A DNA stretch of 54,112 nucleotides from a virus (IMGVR_UViG_3300048636_000181:1-54112); one strand, 5' to 3'. Shown: positions 8,341 through 16,708, counted from the first letter of the stretch. The notes: a model not told the origin generated them from the letters alone. Program-made: numbers and translations.

Positions 8341-9150
8341 TTACGAATTAGCCCATGCCATAAACTCGGCACGAGTTGCGGGTTGAGTTTTCATAACGCC
8401 GTGAAGGGCGCAGGTGACGGTATGATGGCCTTGCTGACAGATGCCTCTCGACTCCATGCACATGTGCCTCGCCTTGACCACAACGCCGACGCCGATGGGA
8501 TTTAGATTTTCCCAAAGATCGGAGGCAATATCACGGGTCAACCTTTCCTGAACCTGAAGTCGACGGGCATGCATATCGACGAGTCGGGAAAGCTTCGAGA
8601 GCCCGACGATGCGGCCGTTCGGGATATAGGCCACGGAGGCCGTCCCGAAGATGTCGGCAAGGTGGTGCTCGCATTTGGAGTAGAGAGGAATATCTTTGAC
8701 GAGAACCATCTCGTCATAGTCTTCCCCTCCGTCCTCGAAGACCTTCAGAATGTCTGCAGCGCTCTCGGAGTAGCCGCTCGTCCAGAACTGCCATGCCTTG
8801 GCGAAGCGGTCCGGGGTCTCAAGCAGGCCCCCGCGTCCGTGCGTTTCAGGTTCAGCGCTCTTGAGAATGAGCGAGGCGGCGGCGGTGAGGTTTTCTTTCG
8901 GGCCTTGAGGCGCTTTCGACTTCAAGGGCGTCCAGTCCTGTGAGCCATCAATGACCGTTACTCCCGGCTGCTTGACTTTATGGCCGTAAAGGGCCTGAAG
9001 GTCGCGAAGCGATATATCCCGAGCTTGCGCTTCGGTTATTTCCACTACGCTATGGATGCGAACATCGGGCTCCGGAGGCATCCAGCTTACGCGAGGCATA
9101 ATGGTTTCCCCGTTCGGTCCGAAGGTGCTGATTTCGTAGAACCAAGGCAT
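8341..9150 (-). CDS. folE: GTP cyclohydrolase I with N-terminal extension
   Basis: 'ETPDR', 'SKCEHHL', 'GLSKLSR', 'RRLQVQERLT', 'HMCMESRG'. Confidence 0.93.
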   Translation of the reverse strand: MPWFYEISTFGPNGETIMPRVSWMPPEPDVRIHSVVEITEAQARDISLRDLQALYGHKVKQPGVTVIDGSQDWTPLKSKAPQGPKENLTAAASLILKSAEPETHGRGGLLETPDRFAKAWQFWTSGYSESAADILKVFEDGGEDYDEMVLVKDIPLYSKCEHHLADIFGTASVAYIPNGRIVGLSKLSRLVDMHARRLQVQERLTRDIASDLWENLNPIGVGVVVKARHMCMESRGICQQGHHTVTCALHGVMKTQPATRAEFMAWANS

Positions 9151-9155
9151 TTCGG

Positions 9156-9602
9156 CTACCTCCAGTAGCTGGCGGAATTGGCGCCGTGCTCGCTGACCCG
9201 GGCGCGCGTAAGACGGACCCGGTCGGCGAGCCCTTCTCTCGCAAGCCAGCTCGAAACGTGATTGTAGACCATCTCAGCGAACTTTTCGCAGCCAGTCGCC
9301 GAGACGATCACCATGTCGATCACGCCCGCAGAATGCGCGACCTTGAAGGCGTGCATATCGGGATCGTCTTCGGCGACCAGTGTTTTATGGTCGAAGGTAT
9401 CCTGCAACCACGCCTTGATGTCTTTCAACCCTCCGAAGTCGACAACCCAATTCAGGGCGTCGAGCTCTTCGGCTTCGAACTCAAGGTGAACTGACAGCGC
9501 ATACCCATGAAGCTTCGAGCAGTGGGAATGGGTTGCCCGCCATTGCCGAAAGCAGGCGGAGAGGCCTACGTCATGACCGTAGGTCTTTGTCGAACGATAC
9601 AT
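9156..9602 (-). CDS. queD: 6-carboxy-5,6,7,8-tetrahydropterin synthase
   Basis: 'HCSKLHGY', 'VVDFGGLK', 'FDHK', 'GCEKFA'. Confidence 0.92.
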   Translation of the reverse strand: MYRSTKTYGHDVGLSACFRQWRATHSHCSKLHGYALSVHLEFEAEELDALNWVVDFGGLKDIKAWLQDTFDHKTLVAEDDPDMHAFKVAHSAGVIDMVIVSATGCEKFAEMVYNHVSSWLAREGLADRVRLTRARVSEHGANSASYWR

Positions 9603-9611
9603 TTTAGCTCC

Positions 9612-10352
9612 TTACTCGAGATTGAGGTATTTGTGGATTTGCAGCTGGATTGTATAGCCATGCTTCATGCAAGACTTAACGGCGATCTCTTGGTTCGCTC
9701 GGTTAATCTCTTCGTCTTTATGGTCGGCCGGCTGAAGGTAGATCGGGCGGTCCCACCACGCCGGAGGACGGGCGAGCATGGGGTGCGCCGAGTGCCCGAG
9801 AGCCTGAAGCGGGAGCCCGTCTAGGGATGCGCCGTCCTCGACGCTGGTCACATATTTATAGCAGCAGGCGCGGGCGGTGATATCGGGGTGCACCTTGCCA
9901 GTTTTCGGGCTGCATACGAGGTAGACGCCCTGCCACGGTCCGACTTGGGTATGGTACTGAAACCCGTCAGCCTGGGGCGGGGGCAGGGTGCCATTCGTTT
10001 CGATCTGAACCCTGTAGCCCAGTTCGTAGAGAAGCTTCAGCAGCGGACCGAGGTTCTGCCTGAAGGGCTCACCGCCCGTGATGACGACAAGGGGCTTGAT
10101 CTCGGTATTCGAAGACCAGGGTTCTACCAAAGTATCGGCGATGATCTGATTGGGGGTCAGGAGAGCCCGAGAGCTAGTGTAGTCCGTATCGCACCACGGG
10201 CATTGCAGATTGCACCCCGCGAGCCGGATGAATACCGCAGGCTGCCCGCAGAAGGGGCCTTCGCCTTGGATCGTGTAGAAAATGGAATGGACGTAGAGCT
10301 TCAAGCCGTCGGTGCGCGAGCGTTTCTCAATCGGCTGTTGGTTCTTTTTCAT
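9612..10352 (-). CDS. queE: 7-carboxy-7-deazaguanine synthase (radical SAM)
   Basis: 'TIQGEG', CxxxCxxC 'CNLQCPWCDT', 'TGGEP', 'IETNG', 'QIHKYL'. Confidence 0.93.
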   Translation of the reverse strand: MKKNQQPIEKRSRTDGLKLYVHSIFYTIQGEGPFCGQPAVFIRLAGCNLQCPWCDTDYTSSRALLTPNQIIADTLVEPWSSNTEIKPLVVITGGEPFRQNLGPLLKLLYELGYRVQIETNGTLPPPQADGFQYHTQVGPWQGVYLVCSPKTGKVHPDITARACCYKYVTSVEDGASLDGLPLQALGHSAHPMLARPPAWWDRPIYLQPADHKDEEINRANQEIAVKSCMKHGYTIQLQIHKYLNLE

Positions 10353-10377
10353 GCTGGTGTCCTCAGCGCCGGTGATT

Positions 10378-10418
10378 TATAGAAACCTCCCCCGCGGCGT
10401 GGAAGCGCGGAGGAGGTT
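10378..10418 (-). terminator. 13-bp stem-loop with weak U-tract upstream of queE
   Basis: Minus strand AACCTCCTCCGCG-9 nt-CGCGGGGGAGGTT followed by TCTATA. Confidence 0.5.
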
Positions 10419-10448
10419 AGGACCGAAGGTCGGGGGCAAGCGAGACGC

Positions 10449-11117
10449 TTAACCTTCGGCCGGTGCCGGAGCCGGATCGGCGGGCGCGGGCTTCGCAGCC
10501 TCTTTGATCGCGTCGCGCGCGGCCTTGCGCTGTTCGGCGGTCACGCCGTTGAAGGTGCACCAGTGATTGTACTGGGTCGAGACCGTGCCGTCGTTGATTT
10601 CCGGCAGGGCCGTCTTCAGCTCGCCGAGCAGAACCGGGCGCTTCAGGTCGGCCGACATTTCATCCGCCTTGTCCCAGACGGCGCCGGTCTTGGTGCCGGC
10701 GAGCGGCCGAGTCACGTCGTTCTGCTTCTGGCGCTCGACCTTCGGCTTCTTCTTCGCCTCGGTCAGTTCGGCGCGCGCGGTCTTCGCCGCTTCCTTCGCC
10801 GCCTTCAGGGCTTCGGTCGCCGAGGTTGCTTCGGCCTTCGCCTCGGAGGCCGCTTTTTCGGCAGCGGCTTCGGCTTCCTTCGCGGCGGTCTCGGCCGCAA
10901 CCCACTGGTCGCGCGTGGCCTTGTGCTCTTCGGTGTCCGGCACAGCCTTCAGACCTTTGGTCATCTCGGCGGTGTGCGCCTTGGCGGTCTTCAGGGCGTC
11001 GGCGGCGGCCTTCGACTTGGCCTTGGCGTCGGTCTCGACCGTCTTCGCGGCATCGACGACAGATTTCGAATCGGCGGCTTTCTTTTCGGCAGCTTCGAGA
11101 GTGGTCTTGTCGGTCAT
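10449..11117 (-). CDS. Ala/Lys-rich coiled-coil protein with shared C-terminal helical domain (paralogue 1)
   Basis: Low-complexity A/K/E N-terminal region; 'TGAVWDKADEM...INDGTVSTQYNHW'. Confidence 0.75.
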   Translation of the reverse strand: MTDKTTLEAAEKKAADSKSVVDAAKTVETDAKAKSKAAADALKTAKAHTAEMTKGLKAVPDTEEHKATRDQWVAAETAAKEAEAAAEKAASEAKAEATSATEALKAAKEAAKTARAELTEAKKKPKVERQKQNDVTRPLAGTKTGAVWDKADEMSADLKRPVLLGELKTALPEINDGTVSTQYNHWCTFNGVTAEQRKAARDAIKEAAKPAPADPAPAPAEG

Positions 11118-11159
11118 AGTCTGTCCTTTCAGGAGGGGTTGATTTCTTCTGTACCTCTG

Positions 11160-11196
11160 ACCCTTCCAGCATATAGTTTGCCGGAAGGGTTTTCAA
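11160..11196 (-). promoter_or_regulatory. sigma70-type promoter overlapped by an inverted repeat
   Basis: TTGAAA-17-TATGCT; 12-bp arms at 11160-11171 and 11179-11190. Confidence 0.65.
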
Positions 11197-11206
11197 CGGT
11201 AAATTT

Positions 11207-11611
11207 TCACTTCTTAGCAGAAGCTTCTTTCCATTTCTGGTATTGCGTCCGCGCGGTGCCGTAGGCGATGCCCAGTGCCCGGCATGCTTCGATGACGTCC
11301 TTGCGCGCGGCCCCTTTCATGGAGTCGGCCACCGCCCAGACTTCGGCGCAGACGCCGCCGTGGTTCGACTTTTCCCGGATGTAGGTCGAGGGTTTCTGTT
11401 GCTCTTCAACCTTGCGGACCCATTGCGAGACTTCTTCGAGGATTTCGACGCCGTCGGGGAGTTCCCCCTCGAAGGTGATGAAGTTGTAGAACCCCGATCC
11501 TTCCTCTTCTTTGATCTCGAAGGGCACGTCTTCAAGTTCGAGGTCGATCTTGGCGAGCGCCGTCTTGAGGGCGCGTTTCGCCGTGGATTTGGTCGAGTAG
11601 AATTTGGTCAT
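11207..11611 (-). CDS. hypothetical protein with shared C-terminal helical domain (paralogue 2)
   Basis: Start moved to MTKFYSTK after TAGGAG; 'AEVWAVADSM...GIAYGTARTQYQKW'. Confidence 0.75.
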   Translation of the reverse strand: MTKFYSTKSTAKRALKTALAKIDLELEDVPFEIKEEEGSGFYNFITFEGELPDGVEILEEVSQWVRKVEEQQKPSTYIREKSNHGGVCAEVWAVADSMKGAARKDVIEACRALGIAYGTARTQYQKWKEASAKK

Positions 11612-11652
11612 TGTCTTTGCTCCTAGTGCGTGTGTGCTTGCTTCTGTCATTC

Positions 11653-11681
11653 AAATTAGTGCAGAAGGAACAGGGCATCAA
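11653..11681 (-). promoter_or_regulatory. sigma70-type promoter
   Basis: TTGATG-17-TAATTT, with CTTCTG/CAGAAG arms around the -10. Confidence 0.5.
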
Positions 11682-11684
11682 CCC

Positions 11685-11888
11685 CTAAAATGGCGGCTCC
11701 TCAAAATATTTTGGGCACCCCGTGGCGATCACTCGGGCCGGAGGGCGCTGGCCGCCAGCTAGCTCGCAGCCCTCGGTCTCCTCGTTGAAGTCTCTACAAG
11801 TCAAGCAACTTCTATGGAGACGAGCTCTGTCGATCATCTCGCGAATAGCTTTCACGAGTTCAGAGTCTTCCCTGTTTGATAAGGTCAT
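11685..11888 (-). CDS. small Cys4 zinc-binding protein
   Basis: CLTC...C...C; AGGAG RBS; acidic-aromatic end EEPPF. Confidence 0.7.
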   Translation of the reverse strand: MTLSNREDSELVKAIREMIDRARLHRSCLTCRDFNEETEGCELAGGQRPPARVIATGCPKYFEEPPF

Positions 11889-11897
11889 ATGCTACTC

Positions 11898-13763
11898 CTA
11901 GAAGGGGATTTCGTCATCTTCCGAAAGCCCCATGCTTGCGTATATTTGCTTGCTCTTCTCTTCTCGTTCTCGAGTCGCAGCCTCGATCGGGTCCTCGCCG
12001 GGATCGGAGAGTGGTGGGCCTCCGAGTTCAGGGGGAAGCTCGAAGCGGGTTCCTCGAAAGTCGTAGGCTTCGATTGACGGGAATCTCCCCGACATCTCGA
12101 CCTTGATGAACTTCGGCTTGTCCAAGTCTCCGCTCATCTCAATGGCCTCACCTACTGTGTCAGGCATATCTTTGAGGGACCCGCCGTGGTCGGTCCACCA
12201 TTCGCGCGCCTTGCGCAGAGGGAAAGAGCCCTCGGGGTCTTCGACGCAAACCCAAGTGGAGTATTTGCTATACCCGCAGAAGTAGTCCACCCGCATCTTG
12301 TCGGTCTTGCCGCCCTTACCCTCGTGGTAAGTACAAACCATTCGGTGTACCCCTTCGACTTTGAACTCTTTCGGAGGAGGCTGCTTGGTTAGATCGAGGA
12401 ACCCTTTACTCGTGACCAACTCAGCACTGCTAGGCGTCGCTTTGATCCTCTCAGGCGGCGGGAACTCATACCCGCACCCCGGACATTCTTTATAACTGAT
12501 ATGAACAAGTTCGTGGCATTCGGGGCATTCCCTCACCATCTCCCCTGAGCCTGCCGCCTTCTTCCGCCGCTTGGGAACGTTCGGGTAATTGATCGGCCCT
12601 AGGCGTTCAGTATTCCCCACGAAATCGAGAACGAGGCAAGTTTGCTTAGGACTGGCTAGGATCGCATTAAGCCGGCCTTCCTTTGTCGTAAGGTCATAGC
12701 CTTCAGCATACAAGGGCCGAGTTCCTCGGCCGACCATCTGGACCCAAAGGCCGGGGCTTCGGGTCAGCCGTAGGGCTGAGATTAGGTCGATGTTTTTCTG
12801 GTTGTACCCAGTAGTCAAAATATCCTTGTTCGTAACTCCTTGGAGTTCTCCGCGCTGGAACGCCGCTAGAACTTCTTCTCGGTCATTACGCTTAGAATGT
12901 ACAGCCTCATGCGGGTACCCTTTGTAGGTGAACATTTCCGCCACTAGCTCGGCATCGTCAATGCTCTGGCAGAAATGCAGCCATGCCTTTCGGTTTTGCT
13001 CGACTCCGTGCTCGATACAAGTATCTACCGCTCGCTCAAGGATGTTCTGGTCTCGAAGCGCCTGCGAAGCTTCCTTGTTATTGAAGTCCCCTGCCTGAAG
13101 ACCAATCTCGTCACTGTCGAGCATGAACCCGGGGTTCTTCGGAACTGGTCGGGAGAGGTAGCCATTTTCGATCAGCCAGACAAAAGCCTCGCCGTCGCTG
13201 AGGTCGAAGGCTACTTCATCGAACAGCTCCCCCTCGGTCAGCCGGCCAGTCTTCATACGGAAGTCGGTTGCAGTATAGCCGATGACGATCAGCCGCGGGT
13301 TTTTCTCCCGGAGCCTATCAATGAACTTTCGATACCGAGTACTGTCCTTGTCGCTAATCATATGAGCCTCGTCCACCAGAACGAAGTCGATATGCTTAAA
13401 GAGCGGCGCTTTGTCCGCGACAGATTGAATGCTGGCGAATGTCACCTGCTGGCGGTGATCCTTCTCCCCGAGCCCGGCACTATAAACCCCAACGGGGGCC
13501 GATGGCCAGATGTTCAGAAGCTCTAGGCAATTTCCTTCGACCAGCTCTTGAACATGAGCCAGCGAAATAATTCTAGTTGTCGGGTAGACTGAAAGAACAT
13601 GCCAAATGAACATTGCCATTTGCAATGACTTACCGGTTCCGGTCGGCTCAATTATCAGCGGGTTCAAATGCGGCTTCGTGTGAACGAAATGCCACGTCGC
13701 GTCATGAGCGGCTTGTTGGTAATCCCTTGGGATCAACATTATTCCCCCAACTGTTTCCGACAA
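11898..13763 (-). CDS. superfamily II (RadD/SSL2-like) DNA helicase with zinc ribbon
   Basis: 'PTGTGKS', 'DEAH', 'TAT', 'QMVGRGTR', CPEC..CPGC; the start may instead be 13739 (MLIPRDYQ). Confidence 0.92.
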   Translation of the reverse strand: MSETVGGIMLIPRDYQQAAHDATWHFVHTKPHLNPLIIEPTGTGKSLQMAMFIWHVLSVYPTTRIISLAHVQELVEGNCLELLNIWPSAPVGVYSAGLGEKDHRQQVTFASIQSVADKAPLFKHIDFVLVDEAHMISDKDSTRYRKFIDRLREKNPRLIVIGYTATDFRMKTGRLTEGELFDEVAFDLSDGEAFVWLIENGYLSRPVPKNPGFMLDSDEIGLQAGDFNNKEASQALRDQNILERAVDTCIEHGVEQNRKAWLHFCQSIDDAELVAEMFTYKGYPHEAVHSKRNDREEVLAAFQRGELQGVTNKDILTTGYNQKNIDLISALRLTRSPGLWVQMVGRGTRPLYAEGYDLTTKEGRLNAILASPKQTCLVLDFVGNTERLGPINYPNVPKRRKKAAGSGEMVRECPECHELVHISYKECPGCGYEFPPPERIKATPSSAELVTSKGFLDLTKQPPPKEFKVEGVHRMVCTYHEGKGGKTDKMRVDYFCGYSKYSTWVCVEDPEGSFPLRKAREWWTDHGGSLKDMPDTVGEAIEMSGDLDKPKFIKVEMSGRFPSIEAYDFRGTRFELPPELGGPPLSDPGEDPIEAATREREEKSKQIYASMGLSEDDEIPF

Positions 13764-13963
13764 GTTTTCATTAGGTGGCTTTTGAGGTCCAGCAATTCGG
13801 CAATTTTCTCTAAATGTTCTCGACTAGCTGTTTCTCTTTCTGATGCGGCTTGGAGGAGAGATAAAAGTTGACTTACAGCCGCCTCAGAATCTTTAAGCAA
13901 AAGTTGTGCTTGCTCTAAAGTCAGCTCTATAGCTACAGCGGGAGCGTTATTATGGTTACTCAT
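13739..13963 (-). CDS. hypothetical helical protein
   Basis: Start moved to MSNHNN (GGAG RBS, ATGA overlap with the nuclease stop). Confidence 0.5.
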   Translation of the reverse strand: MSNHNNAPAVAIELTLEQAQLLLKDSEAAVSQLLSLLQAASERETASREHLEKIAELLDLKSHLMKTCRKQLGE

Positions 13964-14931
13964 GATATACTCTCCCATTCTCCGCAGCCGCTGGGGATGA
14001 AGTTCTTCGGAATAGTCTGGTGGAACTTCGTACAATACCAAGTCCCGTCGGGTCGCGTTTCAGAGAAAATACACGAACGGCAATTCTTTTGTGCGGCGTG
14101 ACCGTAATGGCAAATCTCCCGGAAATCGCAGAACTTACATTCGAACCAGCTAGGGTCTTCGGTCAGCCTCTTCGGAGCGCTGGGAAGATAGACGAGTTTT
14201 CGTGCAATATCGAAATATTGCTCGGCCAGTTCTTTCTTGTAACGAATAATCTCGAAATAGAGATTGTCGTCGTTCTTATTCACCGCGCAATAGAGCGCCC
14301 ACGGTAGCTCAAGCTTGTGCATATAGCATTGCATTTGAACGTAATGCTGGGGCTTCGAGGTAATAACTCCTTTAGCTTCGAGCTGCTTAAAGGATTTGTC
14401 ATTGTGGGTCTTGCACTCGGCGAGCCCCCAGCCCTCGGGCAGCCCCGGGATGGCCGCCAGCAGCTCCGGGCCGAAGCGGAGCTGCCCGTCGGTATGACCG
14501 GCGATATGCCCGGCTTCCTCGATGAAGCCATATTGTTTCAGCTTTACATTGTATTCTTTTGCCAGCGCAATATGATGCGGGTTATTGGACACGTCTTCGG
14601 CATTATCGGGAATAGCTTCGTCCCATGCTACAAGCTCGTAGCCGACCCCGCCGTAATCACTGACTTGAACAAGCCGGTGCTGGTAATCCCTCACTTCGAC
14701 CCCGGCAGCCCGAAGCCACCGGTAGAACCGGTCCTCTTCCTCATGACCACGGTTGAGCAGCCGAAGGAGGCGGCCCCCGTGCTCGACCCTATAGGCCCAC
14801 CGGAAGTCATACCAGACCTGCCGAATACATGGCTTACCGAGACCGCTGGCCCCAAGGTATGATCGGGACGATTTCTCGGCGAGTTCTGCGGCAGCCGCTC
14901 GGTCTACGGCTTTGACGAGATCTGCGAGCAT
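13960..14931 (-). CDS. Cas4-like PD-(D/E)xK exonuclease
   Basis: 'YLGAS.LG.PC.RQ.WY', 'GH.DG', 'ECKT', 'Q.Q.YM', 'CKFCDF..IC'. Confidence 0.85.
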   Translation of the reverse strand: MLADLVKAVDRAAAAELAEKSSRSYLGASGLGKPCIRQVWYDFRWAYRVEHGGRLLRLLNRGHEEEDRFYRWLRAAGVEVRDYQHRLVQVSDYGGVGYELVAWDEAIPDNAEDVSNNPHHIALAKEYNVKLKQYGFIEEAGHIAGHTDGQLRFGPELLAAIPGLPEGWGLAECKTHNDKSFKQLEAKGVITSKPQHYVQMQCYMHKLELPWALYCAVNKNDDNLYFEIIRYKKELAEQYFDIARKLVYLPSAPKRLTEDPSWFECKFCDFREICHYGHAAQKNCRSCIFSETRPDGTWYCTKFHQTIPKNFIPSGCGEWESIS

Positions 14932-15398
14932 ATTTTACCCTTCATAAGTGCTGTTCGAGCTTTCTTTGCGTGGGTATCGCACCAGTCGTTTACCCACGTC
15001 GCTCTGCATTTGATTTCCCCATGCCCTTTGACATGCTCGGCTCTGAACATTAAATGAACCAAACCGATCTCCTTAAGGCACGCCAACCATAGTCTCGACA
15101 TAGTGGAATGAGAACTCATATGTCGATTAACACAATCCACAACCGCCATACAGTCAGACCTAATCAATATGTCAGTTCCACCGTACCGGTTAGCCAGCCA
15201 AACTCCATTTAGAGTAGCGAAGAGCTCGGCATGCGTCGAGTTCTTCATTCTCGGGTCCCGAATAGGACCGTACCCAGTTATGGGAGAGGATCTCCGATCG
15301 ACCCTAACCCACGCTGCCCAGCCTCCGTAAAGTTCAACGTGCTTGTTCTTCACGTCATAGAAGGAGGCGTCGGTGATTACCGTCGCTCGCGCCCCCAT
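14904..15398 (-). CDS. ribonuclease HI-like protein
   Basis: 'ITDAS', 'NSTHAEL.A', 'SDC', 'HVKGH', 'NDWCD..AK'. Confidence 0.85.
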   Translation of the reverse strand: MGARATVITDASFYDVKNKHVELYGGWAAWVRVDRRSSPITGYGPIRDPRMKNSTHAELFATLNGVWLANRYGGTDILIRSDCMAVVDCVNRHMSSHSTMSRLWLACLKEIGLVHLMFRAEHVKGHGEIKCRATWVNDWCDTHAKKARTALMKGKICSQISSKP

Positions 15399-16078
15399 TA
15401 CTGAGACGCGATCCGGTTCTTCCGGTCGACCTCGGTCTGCCGGTTGATGGCGATCTTCTCCGCCTCGCCGACAGCATAGGTATCGGTCGTGCCTTTGAAA
15501 GAAAGAAGCGAAGCGTCAGGGAAGGAAGCTTCGCATTCCTGCTTGATGAGGTCGACCGGGACCAAGGCATTCAGGCCACTACCGGCGCCGCTGTCCTCGC
15601 GACGCGCCTTCTGCTCATTGGAGAGGATCCACAGGCGTCGAGAAAGAGCATTCCCGATCGCGGTCCGGGCGCGGCTCTCGGAAGCGTAGACCCCGTCCTT
15701 GAAGGCTTTTCTCGCCATGGCGCGGACCTGACGGAGGACGAAGTGAATCATGATCGAGTAAGTGACGCGGGCGCTCTCCCGACCAACGACGGAATGAACG
15801 ATTTTGTTTCCATAGGTCGTGGTATAGACCTTGGCTCCGTAGTAAGAGCCGAGCGAATAGGCGACATGGCGAGCCCAGTTATCGGCCTTGAAATGGTGAG
15901 CCGAATCCCGCGTCGTTCCGACCGGGTCGTCGCTGTCGAGGCGCCCGAGGTCGAGGAGGGTAAACCCGTACTCTTCCATAAGCTGCTGGGCCTTCGCCAT
16001 GAAGACCTCGGCCTCTTTCGGGTTAGTCGTGCTGTCCGCCTTAGCGATGATCTTTGCAATTTTGTCTGCGATGCTCAT
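15398..16078 (-). CDS. DUF2786-domain protein
   Basis: 'KIAKIIAKADSTTNPKEAEVFMAKAQQLMEEYG'; start moved to 16078 after AAGGAG. Confidence 0.75.
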   Translation of the reverse strand: MSIADKIAKIIAKADSTTNPKEAEVFMAKAQQLMEEYGFTLLDLGRLDSDDPVGTTRDSAHHFKADNWARHVAYSLGSYYGAKVYTTTYGNKIVHSVVGRESARVTYSIMIHFVLRQVRAMARKAFKDGVYASESRARTAIGNALSRRLWILSNEQKARREDSGAGSGLNALVPVDLIKQECEASFPDASLLSFKGTTDTYAVGEAEKIAINRQTEVDRKNRIASQ

Positions 16079-16094
16079 GGCTTGCTCCTTTGTG

Positions 16095-16134
16095 CTTACA
16101 CCCCGAATATACAGGGTGTAAGGCAAAAGAGCAA
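16095..16134 (-). promoter_or_regulatory. sigma70-type promoter with the -10 in the loop of an inverted repeat
   Basis: TTGCTC-17-TATATT; CTTACACCCTG-TATATT-CGGGGTGTAAG. Confidence 0.7.
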
Positions 16135-16138
16135 CGCC

Positions 16139-16642
16139 TTATTCGAAGGAATGGAAGAGCGGGTACTCTCCTTCGTCATCGTCCCCGCGCCGGCGATAGT
16201 AGAACCAGATCGCGAAGGCGGCGAGAAGCTTGGCCGCGACCATGAGCAGGAACGTGCCGAGGGTCAGCCCCGAGATCAGGAAGAGGAACACCGCCGTATC
16301 GACCGGAGTCGAGACCAAGGATGAAATCAGGACGCGGTCCTTGAACGGCTTCTTGGTGATCGTATAGAGGGCGTAGTCGGCGAGTTCCGAGATCGCGAAC
16401 GCTGCCACGGAGGCCGTCGCGACATAGGGGTCGGCGAGGATGTAGGAGAGGGCTGCCCCGGCCGCCATGCCGGCGAGGACCCAGTGGCCATGTTCGCGCT
16501 GGGCGAAGTCACGAAGAACGAAGACGACACCGGCGAGAACGGCCATGGGAGAGAGAAGACCGATGCTCGTCTCGATCATAGGGACATACGAGAACCCGAG
16601 ATTCAGGGCGAGAATCGAAAGGACGTAGAAAGCGATATACAT
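16139..16642 (-). CDS. yhhQ: VUT/YhhQ-family preQ0/preQ1 transporter
   Basis: Multi-TM; 'FVLRDFAQR', 'ASVAAFAISELADYALY', 'SSLVSTPVDTAVFL'. Confidence 0.8.
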   Translation of the reverse strand: MYIAFYVLSILALNLGFSYVPMIETSIGLLSPMAVLAGVVFVLRDFAQREHGHWVLAGMAAGAALSYILADPYVATASVAAFAISELADYALYTITKKPFKDRVLISSLVSTPVDTAVFLFLISGLTLGTFLLMVAAKLLAAFAIWFYYRRRGDDDEGEYPLFHSFE

Positions 16643-16708
16643 GCTGTGTGACCTTTTGAGGGGTTTAAGGATACTCGGCGAGCCTTGTGTGACCCGCCGA
16701 GTTGTTTC

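Noticed and set aside
10353-10448. Possible preQ1 riboswitch upstream of queE
   Set aside because: Only a hairpin and a small UUCG stem are visible; I could not find the preQ1-I stem plus A-rich pseudoknot tail. An Rfam scan would settle it.
13960-14931. Cas4-like gene as evidence of CRISPR-Cas
   Set aside because: There is no array and no other cas gene; stand-alone Cas4-like nucleases are common in phage recombination modules.
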